A DNA stretch of 64,000 nt, taken from the NCBI GenBank assembly GCA_950097015.1, contig CATNEN010000003.1:3162001-3226000 (forward strand), in the 5' to 3' direction. A program made the translations under genes and the position numbers. This DNA comes from Macrostomum hystrix (taxonomy: Eukaryota; Animalia; Platyhelminthes). Below the pieces are notes generated by a model, which was not told the origin of the DNA, ran no database searches, and was given only the letters and a program-made list of their open reading frames with translations. Positions 50,443 to 62,487 of this stretch are shown here, in pieces (position 1 is the stretch's first letter; every line of letters begins with the position of its first letter).

Positions 50443-50658
50443 GTACGTGGGTAGGTGAGGCGGTCTCCAAGTTCATGGAGTGAGGTACGTGGGTAGGTGA
50501 GGCGGTCTCCAAGTTCATGGAGTGAGGTACGTGGGTAGGTGAGGCGGTCTCCAAGTTCATGGAGTGAGGTACGTGGGTAGGTGAGGCGGTCTCCAAGTTC
50601 ATGGAGTGAGGTACGTGGGTAGGTGAGGCGGTCTCCAAGTTCATGGAGTGAGGTACGT
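50443..50658. repeat. 42-bp perfect tandem repeat, about 5 copies
   Basis: (GTACGTGGGTAGGTGAGGCGGTCTCCAAGTTCATGGAGTGAG)n. Confidence 0.95.
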
Positions 50659-50775
50659 AGCCTTTGGATGTTAAAATTTACACGGCTACTATTGAGGATG
50701 GAAGAAATTGATTATTCTCTTGTTCAAAAAACGTACTGTTAAAAATATATCGGTTTTAACTCACTCCTATTACAG

Positions 50776-52162
50776 CTTCTTCACCAGCGAAAGCTGTCAC
50801 GGGCAACAGTTTAAGACCAGCCATAGACTACGTTTACGCTAGCCGTCTTTGTTGCTACCCACCTATCGCTCCGCTCCTGCCAGAGAGAGTGTCCAAGTCG
50901 AAAATGCGACAGTTGGTGTTGGAGGCCCTCCGACGCGAGCTAGTATCCAGCTCCAGCCCGTGTCACGCCGTAAACGCGGCGTCACCTGGAAAAGACGGCG
51001 AGCAGCTCCGTGTGAGCACATCTTTTCTAGAGATGCGGCTGCTGAGAAGTCTCACAACTCTGCAGGGTCAGCTGTTTATCACACTTAAGTACTTAATAAA
51101 GAAAGTAATTAGTCACGAGACTGGCTTCAACCTCAAAGGCCTAAAACCTTATCACGCCAAGTCCATCACGTTTCGAATGCTGGACGAGACACCAGTCGAG
51201 CAATGGCAGCCAGAAAATCTTATGAGTCTGGTGAGACAGTCGCTGCAGATGCTGCTGGACGATGTGGAAAGCAACTGCACCCACGACAATACCGAGGGTC
51301 GAATTATGAACCACTTTTTTCTTCGAGACGTACACAACTACCTAAAAGGTGTTGATCGCAGCGATGGTGCGAGTATGATAGAAACATTGCGACAGACTGC
51401 AAGCACCTTGAGAACAGTGCTCGAACAACTTCCAATTTGGTTGAATAAATTCATCGAATATCTAGAACCCGTGAGTGATTCGGGAAAATTTGTATTTCAT
51501 CCGTTTCTACTTCTGCCAGATTTGCGGCTGACACCTGTACCGCAGTTGCGCTTCATCGAATACCATAATATTTATGACGTCGTCAGAGAATGCTTGGTGC
51601 ATCTCTCGCAAGGCTCAGATTGCAGCGTTCGTGTGTCAAGCGTCTGGGGGAATTGACTGACAAACTGCCTGACTGCGCCAGATCGGCTAGAAAGGTTATT
51701 TTAGTGCTGATCTTTCTCAAGTTTCACGATCGGGACGCCGCTGTGAAAGTTCTGATGAGCTGTCGAGAGTACAAAGTGAGTAGAGGCGTCGTGCTCCACT
51801 CGGAAATGCAGGCATCTGATGCCACCGTCGAATACGTTTGGAAGCAGCTTGAGACGAACGACTCGGCCTGGAAGTTCTGCTTTGAATTTCAGCAAAGACC
51901 CACACTGCAGTTTTTGCCGGCAGTCATAGCAAAGTGGTTTCCGATGCCAGTTCCCGGCTTTAGAAACTACTTTTATATAAACTTTGAGGCCTTTCTGCAG
52001 TGTCTACGCATTGAGCTATTGGAGGAAGGAAGCGAAATAGCGTTTGAATGGATGGTCAAGTTGACTAAAAGATTCAAGAAAGCTAAAGCCGACGAGCAGG
52101 AAATGAACGCCTGCCATGATATGATCAGCACTAAAGATGGAGAGTATAAGTTTTCTGTCTAG
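50776..52162 (+). pseudogene. Mab-21/cGAS-like nucleotidyltransferase-family gene, frameshifted (pseudogene or assembly indel)
   Basis: Open frame from an acceptor at 50775: IDYVYA..LCCYP, CHAV, LRVSTSFLEMRL, ITLKY, LKPYHAKSITF, W...L...L...MNHFF, the Mab-21 C-terminal lobe motifs. Frame changes by -1 at about 51620-51650 into ORF 51590-52162. No GS/[DE]x[DE] catalytic exon found. Confidence 0.7.
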
Positions 52163-52339
52163 AAACTAATAAAATTTTAAATTACACGCGTACATGCGGT
52201 GACAATTAAAAGCTGGTGCTGAAAATCGTAGTGAACATATTCTGATATTATTTATATTCGCTTTACTTAATCTCGTATTTTAGTGCACACCTATATAGCT
52301 TCTACTCGTATATTGATCCATCCGATAAAAATAAGGAGG

Positions 52340-52630
52340 CAAGGGCACATCATTTGGTGACACTAGACCCGCAGCCATTAGAGCACACACGCACACAGAT
52401 ACTGTACACTCACAGAGGGTGTGTACATCTATCCTGACTTTCTCATCGTCAGGCAGTGTACACTCTCACTGTACCTTGGAGGTTGGCTCACTAGGGCGTA
52501 AATTGCACGACAAGCCCGCAAGCCTTCTCTCTGCGGCTGCGCCCCAAATGAATGTGGCCTCGCGCCTCGGAATCGATCGCTTAGGGGCCTTGGCGCGAGA
52601 GACAAACGCGTTAACCGCTCTGCCACCATC
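52340..52630 (-). mobile_element. Degenerate copy of SINE family A
   Basis: Reverse-strand tRNA-like head (GGTGGCAGAGCGGTTAACGCG...TCGATTCC) and shared body and 3' segments. Confidence 0.85.
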
Positions 52631-53111
52631 CATCCTTGATGGATTAACTGCCGACTCTCTTTTCAGAGTGCGAAGCATGTACGTGTCCGTGTTTCTTAAT
52701 GATTTTAGTTATTTGTCTTTTTCGCATTCTGACGATTTATTACACTACATTATTACACTATACTAACGTGTTCCTGTACTCAGAAAAACACTAATATTAT
52801 GTACCGTAATAAATCATTCTTAAATGTAAACTTAACCATGTATTGAATATGCATATGAGGATATGCATGTATTATGGTACTATGCAAGGCTGTGCCTAGT
52901 GTCTTTAGAAAATGTTGCTGCCTAAATGTTACAAATGAAACACTCGCATTCATATGGAAGCATTCATGGAATACTTTGATGGCAATTAAGTTGGTGACAG
53001 TACGTGACAGTACTACACAGTACGTGACAGTAGTACAAAAAAGTACTGCTGTGTAATAGGCCGAGTCTGCCAAATCCAGCCAATTGGCAAGGATCCTAAA
53101 TCTAATTATTT

Positions 53112-54954
53112 TGTAAGCGATTGAAAAGCGCTTACATCGGTTCTCCTTTCAATCAGCGACCTTCACCTGCATTTCGACCCACCCAGCGCTCAAAAAAGAC
53201 CTGAGCGAGCCAGACCGGCTGACCTGACGGCCTGGAAAGCAATGACGCAGAGACCGAGAACCTATGCACCCTATCAGCCTGCGAACTCGTGCCTAGAATG
53301 CTCGGGGCTGGTGTGTTGGGTTGGGGACCATGGCAACGCGGGGCAGAGAGAGAACTGCTTGTGTGTTATCTTTTATATCTCTCTCTCTCTGACCCCCCCC
53401 TACTGCTAAACACTGTGCCTTATCGCTTGAATATAAAATACACTGCTTCGTAGATATGCTCCTGCACTGAAGCTTTGAGATGTGAGTCTCACACTCATAA
53501 TTGTTGGCCTCTGTGGTCAGTACGAGTTCAAGTCTTTCGGTTAGTGTCGGCAGAAGGTAGCAGGCAGCAAGAAAACCTGCTATATCTGGTTCCCTAGACC
53601 TTCCGGAGTCACCGCTAGACACAAGACAACGATTCCTGCTACACTGACAGAGGACTTCGTACTGGATGAAGGCCGGAGATCGAGAGGCGACGCGCAGTTT
53701 CGTACCAAGCTACCAGCCAGACACTACTCAGCAACCAGCGCAAATCACGACGATTCTTACCTAGAGCGGTCATTTGGCGAGCGATTCAATTATTGTTCAA
53801 CACTGGGAAAATGCGGTTACTACTGTAGCCGCATGTAATAACCTACAAGGCACTACACAAATGTCGACTTTTTTCCCTGCCAGCCAAGTCTGAAGTTGAT
53901 CAAGATGGAAGATTGTGACGAAGAAGATTGTCAAGCAGTCGTAGTTTACAATAATTGACTCTGGCCAATGAGCCAGCAACACTGACACACACGGAGACAT
54001 TGATATTTCACTTTGCATGCAAAAGCATGCCCTTTGTGAAGCAGGCGACTTCACCGATTATAAAACTAGACTGCAAATACTTGTTGTGACGCCTGAGCTG
54101 CAACTAAGCAAGCCCGATGGGACTGCCACCAGTAACAGCACCCCCCTGGCCACCGTGCGATGGTCAGTTTTCGGGGAACATACATTGCCCCATGTTGATG
54201 ATAATTGCTGCACACACTACTCAAGCTGTACTGCTCAGTCGAAGGGACGAGCTGGTGCAAGCCAGGACATTTTCTGCCAGTCAAGACCAACTCAGACTCC
54301 AGGACCGCATACAATCAAGAAGATCGGCACCAAACAAGCTGCCGAGCACAATGCAAGAAAAGCTGGTATGAGACTGCCAATCGCGAGAAAGACAGGACAT
54401 CATCAGAACATCACGGTACCAGTGGGATCTTCGACGCCAGGAGAACTGACACGGGTGTCAGTTTTTCAAAAGGGGAAGATATGTAAGCGATTGAAAAGCG
54501 CTTACATCGGTTCTCCTTTCAATCAGCGACCTTCACCTGCATTTCGACCCACCCAGCGCTCAAAAAAGACCTGAGCGAGCCAGACCGGCTGACCTGACGG
54601 CCTGGAAAGCAATGACGCAGAGACCGAGAACCTATGCACCCTATCAGCCTGCGAACTCGTGCCTAGAATGCTCGGGGCTGGTGTGTTGGGTTGGGGACCA
54701 TGGCAACGCGGGGCAGAGAGAGAACTGCTTGTGTGTTATCTTTTATATCTCTCTCTCTCTGACCCCCCCCTACTGCTAAACACTGTGCCTTATCGCTTGA
54801 ATATAAAATACACTGCTTCGTAGATATGCTCCTGCACTGAAGCTTTGAGATGTGAGTCTCACACTCATAATTGTTGGCCTCTGTGGTCAGTACGAGTTCA
54901 AGTCTTTCGGTTAGTGTCGGCAGAAGGTAGCAGGCAGCAAGAAAACCTGCTATA
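53112..54954 (+). mobile_element. Young non-autonomous LTR retroelement (TRIM/LARD-like), 1843 bp
   Basis: Apparently identical 473-bp LTRs at 53112-53584 and 54482-54954; TG...TA termini; 5-bp TSD TATTT; PBS TGGTTCCCTAGACC at 53587; PPT AAAAGGGGAAGA just before the 3' LTR; about 900-bp interior with no recognisable RT or integrase. Confidence 0.93.
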
Positions 54955-57118
54955 TATTTAATAAGCCGGATCCCATACCAGATCCCAATATCCCAGATAC
55001 CAATTAATATCCCAGATCCCAGGCAAGCTTTCCTACTCCTCCTAATCCTCCTACTCCTTCCTAACTCCCTCCTTTCCTCCTTTCCATCACCTGTCTTCTT
55101 ATGACGGAATGACGCCTTATTCTGGGGTGCCATTGCATGCAGTTTGACGTCATCTAAAAAATGAGGAACCCTTGCCCTGTTTCTAAAATTACAGCTAATT
55201 TTAGCTTAATTTCATCCTGTGCGCAGCGCATCCGATGCAAGGATTGAGTTGCATCATTCAAGACTTAAGTGAGAGAAACTTTCTCCTCTCGTTAGACCGT
55301 GTCAGTGTCACTTTTGACTCAATAGAATCGGACCATTCCAAGGAGTTGATAGATGGGATAGAATGCTTCTCAGAAAAGTTACGAGGGGTGGTTTACGCCG
55401 AAAAAGACGCTACAAAAATTTCTACTGTTTCTACATAAAAATTGTACTTGCTTCTGATCGTCATTGTGTGCAAGCAGATCGAAAGCTCTTCTTTTGATAT
55501 GACTTATGTGTTTAATTGCTCAAAACTGCTGGCATCGAATTTTAATTGTAAATGAATGATATGTCGATTCGATCAAAAATAACGAAACTTTAAAACTAAT
55601 GACCATGTTTGAAGAAAGTCCATTTTGTAAACTGATGTAGTGCCTTTTTGAGTGCCTCGAAAATATTACTTAGAAGTTATAACTCGTTAGTTTATTACAT
55701 TATCGTGTGTGCCTACAAGTTTTTTGGTTATTTAGTGTTTATTATTAATTTCTAGCTCATGTTCGGAATCATTTCTGATTCGTTTGGCGTGGCACATATT
55801 GGCATAAAACAAACAAGCCACAAAATTCATAGTAGGCCTTTTGCAACAGAACAAGGCCTATAAATTAGGCCTATGGGTATATCATATTCATAATTCATAT
55901 TATGCCTTGCCTAGGCCTATGGCATACCAGGCATACACTAGGCGGCTAGGCCTAGCCTAGAGCTTTATTAAAGGTGACATCCAATGCATGTAGACACAGG
56001 CACAGCATGATGTTGACTTAGGTCTAGTGACAGTAGAGTGCATCTAGGTTATATAAAGTAGGGGGTATCTAGAGTAAGTTGGAACATTAGGCTGTCAAAA
56101 TAGCCATGTGTCAAAGTGGCTACGTAATATAATGGCCATACATAAAAACTACTTTAGTCTAGATTAGGCTATGTATAGGTCTTACCCAGAATAGGATTTG
56201 TAATGCTAGAATGTGTTCCAAAACTATTTATTCAAAATTAAAAATAAATTAAAAAATATATTAATTAGCAATGAAACAAAGTCACTTCTCTTATCAACCA
56301 TCTTTCTTGCTAGGCCCCTACTATTTGTCATTAGTGCTAGGCCCTACCCATATTAGTTATACCAACCCTGAGCAAAAAATTTCAATGCACATAAAAATTT
56401 TCAGCATATATTAGATGATCCAATTTAATTTCCATTGTAGAATTGTAGAATATTCATCATTATGGCATGAGTTAAACAGTTTAATAGGCTGTAAGCATAG
56501 CTAATAGTAGAAACAATATAAAATGCCAAAATATTCTTAAAGTACTCACACATTTCTTTTCAATGTAATAAATGTTAAAGTCCTTGTTTGATTCTTTTAA
56601 TATTCCTATTTTGATTGTCAAAAGTGATAATTCCCTAATTTTATGTCTTGTAATGTTTACATGGATCTACAATATCAAGGTCTATTTATAATTTTTAGCC
56701 CACTATTGCAACAAGTATTATTGCTTATTTAATTCTTCAAAACATTTTTTTCTGTGAATTTTTGCCTTTTTGTCTTTTTTACTTCTCATATCTTGTAGTC
56801 TTGGTAGTAAAGTTTGTTTGTCAACAGTTTTTTGTAACTCTAACTATAACATTGGTATTGCAAACTCTACCCAGTTAGTGACAAAACATATATATTAATA
56901 AACAAAACTAAAGGATATTAAAACAGTCTAAATAACAGAAGATCAGCTAGTGTTTTAAATACTGACAAGCACTACACCTTATATATAATTATATTAGTAA
57001 TGTCATTAGCAATTCTGAAATAATTCTATGATTGTCATTTTAATTAGTTTGAAACATTTGTTTACAGAATGTCTTCTTTTATTTCTTTTAGCTGTTTTGA
57101 TTTGTGAAAAGCAAAAAA

Positions 57119-59859
57119 ATGGTTCAGACTGCTGGAAAGAAAAGAAAGTTAGCAGCTCCATCTCCCAATGCTAAGGTGAGTGGTTTTCTAAATAAAAAGA
57201 AATCATTATTTTAGGTTATTTCTTTACTTTTTTAATCCCTTGATAATCTTGCCATCACACCAGACTGCACAAGCAACCAAAGGGAAACTAAGCATCAATA
57301 AATCGCAGTCAGGTGACAACTCTGCCAGTGAGGCCATGTCATTGGTTGACACATCAAATTTAGATCAGGCCATTGTTGATTGCGTAATGCGTCGACTCCG
57401 CAGTACCGTGCGCATTCGACCACTGCCAACTCGATGTCACCTAACAGACCTGAAAGCATTGTGCCCGGCGGCTGTGGCTATTCGGCTGCCTTGGAATCGG
57501 GCGCGTTGCCGGCACAAGGGGGTCGCCTTTCTGGAGTTTGCCAGTCCCGAGGCAGCTGCCAAACATGCGCTAGCTCTCCAGGTGAGTTTGGCTTGCAACC
57601 GGCAACTGTACCTCTGTTGTTTTATTAATAAATAATGCTAAATAAAATATTGAATTTATCATAAAAGAAAATTCAATACTTTAAGATTATAATCTAGGAT
57701 TCTAGATTCCGTTCTACAATTTTAGATTTTAATCTACCACTTGATATTTTTAGCTAGGATTTGGGATTCAAATCGAGACCGTCATGGGATTCAAATCTAG
57801 GATTTGGGATTCAAATCTAGGATTTGGGATTCAAATCTAGGATTTGGGATTCAAATCTAGGATTTGGGATTCAAATCTAGGATTTGGGATTCAAATCTAG
57901 GATTTGGGATTCAAATCTAGGATTTGGGATTCAAATCTAGGATTTGGGATTCAAATCTAGGATTTGGGATTCAAATCTAGGATTTGGGATTCAAATCTAG
58001 GATTTGGGATTCAAATCTAGGATTTGGGATTCAAATCTAGGATTTGGGATTCAAATCTAGGATTTGGGATTCAAATCTAGGATTTGGGATTCAAATCTAG
58101 GATTTGGGATTCAAATCTAGGATTTGGGATTCAAATCTAGGATTTGGGATTCAAATCTAGGATTTGGGATTCAAATCTAGGATTTGGGATTCAAATCTAG
58201 GATTTGGGATTCAAATCTAGGATTTGGGATTCAAATCTAGGATTTGGGATTCAGTTATAGGATCTCGATTTCAAGTCGTAAATATTTTCGATTTTTCAGA
58301 TATTAGAGTTAGAAACAACAAAATGTTTCTTTTGTCATCGCATTTAGGGTAGTCGAGCTCTTGGAGGGCGCGAACTCGCGACCTCGGTGCCTCCAGTCCA
58401 AGCCGGCGACGTGTCAGCCTCGCAATACAACAGCCGCCGTGTGGTTGTATCCTCTATTGAGGGCCGCGTCACAGCCAACCAGCTGCTTGAATTAGCTCCC
58501 GGCGCTCAACGGGTTCGATTCCCAGAAGCTGGCACCAAAACTGGCCGAAGTCGCAATGCGCCAAGCGTCGCCGTGCTAACATTTGCCGAGCCGCGTCAGG
58601 CTCTGGCCGCGGTGCTGAGCTGCCAGGGCGCCGTCGTTGGATCCGGACCGACTTCCTGGATGCTGGAGAAAATTGTCAGCTCAGAGAAGCCAAAGCATTT
58701 GGTAAGTCTGTGGCTATTGTTCTATATTAGCTTCCATTCCAGGTCTCTTTAACAGACTGCGCTATTTTTCCCGTGGGGAAACACCACTGCTTACTTCACG
58801 ATAGCTCCCAATCCGAATGACCGAGTTTCGTGAAACTCCACCATAGGGATAAAAATTTTCCGCTCCTTGCGATGAACTTACTTTCAAAGCCGTCGGACGT
58901 CAGCATCGTCGATATATATAGCGATTCTTGTCGAAGACCCTGGTGATATTGCTCTGTATTTGGCCTCAATAATAATAATAATAATTGCAGGAGGGCTGCG
59001 GGCAGTGGCACAGCGAGACCCGCAGCCAGCGAGGAGGCAATTCTACCCATTTCGCTGACTCCTGAGCACACACTTTCTCAGATACTTTACGCAGGCACAC
59101 ACTCTCACTGTGCCTTGGAGGTTGGCCCTCAAGGGCGTAAATTGCACGACAAGCCACCAAGCCTTCTCTCCGCGGCTGCGCCCCAAATAAATGTGGCCTC
59201 GCCGTGGAATCGAACTTAGGGACCTTGGTGCGAGAGGCAAACGCGATAACCGCTCTGCCACCGACCCCCTGTATTTGGCCTTATAAACTTTATCCCAGAT
59301 CGATCGACGCACTCTGGTGCTGAACGGAATCAAGAAGGACACAACCGACGCCCGCCTTCTGCTTGCTCTGCCGCGCTGCAACCGATTCGAACGGCGCGAG
59401 TCTGGCGTCGCCGTCGCCTTCTACGACACCGAGGTCGATTGCGCCGCTGATCTTGCCGCCTGGCCGGCTGACGATCCTAAACTGCCGACGGTGACGTTTG
59501 GTCATAAAAAGCCGGCTTCCCTAGGCCAAAATTTTGGCCGACGAAATGCCAAGGCTATGATCAAGCCGCAATCGGCTGCTGATAAAAATAGATTAATTGT
59601 TGCCGGTTTACCGCAGGGCACTAAGAAGTCTACTCTGGTTGCTATTATCAACCAGTGCTCAAAAGACAATAGTGTCAGTTTGAGTAGCATCAACATGACT
59701 TCGAATGGACGCTTGGCGTTAATTAATTTCGACACGGCGACGGCGGCTGCCGAGGCGAGGAAGCGACTGCGTCAGGCGGCCGCGACTAGCGACGTCCTTG
59801 GCACCGGAGTCAAGCTCAGGATTGCCTACTCACTTGACCAATTGGCTGCTCGTAAGTAA
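57119..59859 (+). CDS. Multi-RRM (about 4 RRM) RNA-binding protein, nucleolin-like architecture, 429 aa
   Basis: Exons 57119-57175, 57264-57581, 58348-58701, 59299-59859, all phase 0 GT-AG. N-terminal KKRK; RNP1-like KGVAFLEF, VAVLTF, GVAVAFY and LALINF; RNP2-like RLIVAGLP and TLVLNGI. Confidence 0.8.
57755..58253. repeat. 20-bp perfect minisatellite (GATTTGGGATTCAAATCTAG)n
   Basis: About 23 identical copies; each unit has the hairpin GATTTG-N5-CAAATC. Confidence 0.97.
58967..59268 (-). mobile_element. Full-length SINE family A copy in RRM-gene intron 3
   Basis: Near-identical to the 47873 copy apart from internal deletions; (ATT)n tail; 13-bp TSD CTGTATTTGGCCT (58954-58966 and 59269-59281). 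Confidence 0.9.
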
Positions 59860-59919
59860 AAACCTGGATTGGCTTTGGATAAACTCTTCATGCTTTCACT
59901 CGATCTTTTAGGGGAATTC

Positions 59920-60952
59920 TCGATCCTTTCACTTGATCTTTTAGAAGAATCCCTTGATCCTTAAATTCGATATTTTGGGGTAATCCCTTGATCCTTTCAC
60001 TTGATCTAGTAGGGGAATCCCTTGATCTTTTCACTTGATCTAGTAGGGGAATCCCTTGATCTTTTCACTTGATCTAGTAGGGGAATCTGTTGATCCTTTC
60101 ACTTGATCTAGTAGGGGAATCCCTTGATCCTTTCACTTGATCTAGTAGGGGAATCCCTTGATCCCTTCACTTGATCTAGTAGGGGAATCCCTTGATCCTT
60201 TCACTTGATCTAGTAGGGGAATCCCTTGATCTTTTCACTTGATCTAGTAGGGGAATCTGTTGATCCTTTCACTTGATCTAGTAGGGGAATCCCTTGATCT
60301 TTTCACTTGATCTAGTAGGGGAATCCCTTGATCCTTTCACTTGATCTAGTAGGGGAATCCCTTGATCTTTTCACTTGATCTAGTAGGGGAATCCCTTGAT
60401 CCTTTCACTTGATCTAGTAGGGGAATCCCTTGATCCCTTCACTTGATCTAGTAGGGGAATCCCTTGATCCTTTCACTTGATCTAGTAGGGGAATCCCTTG
60501 ATCTTTTCACTTGATCTAGTAGGGGAATCTGTTGATCCTTTCACTTGATCTAGTAGGGGAATCCCTTGATCTTTTCACTTGATCTAGTAGGGGAATCCCT
60601 TGATCCTTTCACTTGATCTAGTAGGGGAATCTGTTGATCCTTTCACTTGATCTAGTAGGGGAATCTGTTGATCTTTTCACTTGATCTAGTAGGGGAATCC
60701 CTTGATCCTTTCACTTGATCTAGTAGGGGAATCTCTTGATCCTTTCACTTGATCTAGTAGGGGAATCCCTTGATCCTTTCACTTGATCTAGTAGGGGAAT
60801 CCCTTGATCTTTTCACTTGATCTAGTAGGGGAATCTGTTGATCCTTTCACTTGATCTAGTAGGGGAATCCCTTGATCTTTTCACTTGATCTAGTAGGGGA
60901 ATCTCTTGATCCTTTCACTTGATCTAGTAGGGGAATCTCTTGATCCTTTCAC
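59920..60952. repeat. 34-bp minisatellite (GATCTAGTAGGGGAATCCCTTGATCCTTTCACTT)n
   Basis: About 29 tandem copies directly 3' of the RRM gene. Confidence 0.95.
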
Positions 60953-61747
60953 TCGCTCTACTTATAAGTCTCTTTATTTTTCACAAATCCCGTAATTCAC
61001 TTCACTCAAAACGCAGGTCGCAAAACAGCCAAGGTTCCTAATTCGTCCCGTAAACAACGGGCATCGACTAAAAAGCCTGCAGTCAGCTCCGCGGAAAATT
61101 AATAAATCTCTGAGAATCGATTTAATTGATTGTTCAATTAAAATGGTCCAATCATGCAAACAACTTAGGTGTTTAACCCAGTGAAACCCTGACGAAGTCT
61201 AAATATACTGGCCTTAACATGCTACATCTGTCTGCAGCGTGGTTTCAGCATTTCTTCTGAAATTTGTGAAAAAAATTAATCGTCATTGTTTTAAAACGTG
61301 TTTGTTATTATCTTACCCATAAAATCACTCTGAAAACAACGTGACGCTAAAGTTTGTGTTAAAAAATTCCAACCAAAATCACGCCACAATTTAAACTTCG
61401 CCACATCAGCTACCCACTCTGATGAGCACTCTGATAATACAAACTTCTTTCTAGCATCAGCATACTACTTGTTACAACTCAGTAGTATGGAACAGCTGTT
61501 TGGCAGCCTTTCTAGTCATTAATTTCAAGCAAAAAATAAAAATTACGAACTTTATAACTTAACTTACAACATGAAACACAAATTTAGGATAAAAATTTTG
61601 CTCGAACTTCAGAGTCTGTTTAAATCAGAACTCGAGGGCCAGTATGGCTTTCGATGCAATGATTTTACAACTCAAGTCAGAATTTGGTTCGCAAAATAAC
61701 TATCTGAGTGAACTTTGGAAAATCATGTCAGTCCTATTTTTAGATGT

Positions 61748-61865
61748 CACGTCAGTTGCTATTTTTAGATCCGACATCAGTTGCTATTTTTAGATCCGAC
61801 GTCAGTTGCTATTTTTAGATCCGACGTCAGTTGCTATTTTTAGATCCGACGTCAGTTGCTATTTC
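61748..61865. repeat. 25-bp tandem repeat (GTCAGTTGCTATTTTTAGATCCGAC)n
   Basis: About 4.5 copies. Confidence 0.9.
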
Positions 61866-62487
61866 AGAACCTTTGTTTTAACTTGACTTGCAAAGATCTA
61901 AGGTTCGATTCATAGCAGCCAATCGTCTTGCAAAGTCCACTCGCCCAACGAGCAGTGCTCAATTCTGCTTCAGCAGTTAGCCGGTGTTTGACTTCATTCA
62001 TTAGAGCGGATGTCCTTATAGCGGATGAGCATGAGCTACGAGTGAAAGGGGCTTCAAGGTAATGACAGTGCAGTGCACAGTATATACAACGCATCAGATC
62101 GATTTCGGTTTCTCAACTTCTCGCTTTCACAAAAGCGTCGTGCATGACTTCCTGCAGGATTCCAATTTCCTTTGGTAGCTTTTTAGGCAAACAGAAAAGA
62201 AGCTTCGGTTAAGCAGAGACTGTTGGCTATACATGTGAACAGGAGCTAAGGGATGGTTATTAAAACCAGCCTGTCTGTCTAGTTTTTTTTCTGAAATCTC
62301 AGGCAGCAAGGCAATTGACAGATTTTTTCTCCTGAGCTTCGATTTGTTTGCCTATAGCATGCTGGCTATTTGCTCCGGGATGACTGCAATATGATTGGCC
62401 ATTATATAAAAGCCATTGTAAATCTGAGGCGACACATCATTCTTCTCGAACCAACCAGCGAAAAAGAATCATTTTCTTCTAGAAGAG

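Noticed and set aside
53293-55133. Duplicated minus-strand ORFs (IAGFLAACYLL...) and the 185-aa internal ORF
   Set aside because: They are translations of the LTRs and interior; no convincing gag or pol motifs beyond a doubtful CKPGHF knuckle remnant.
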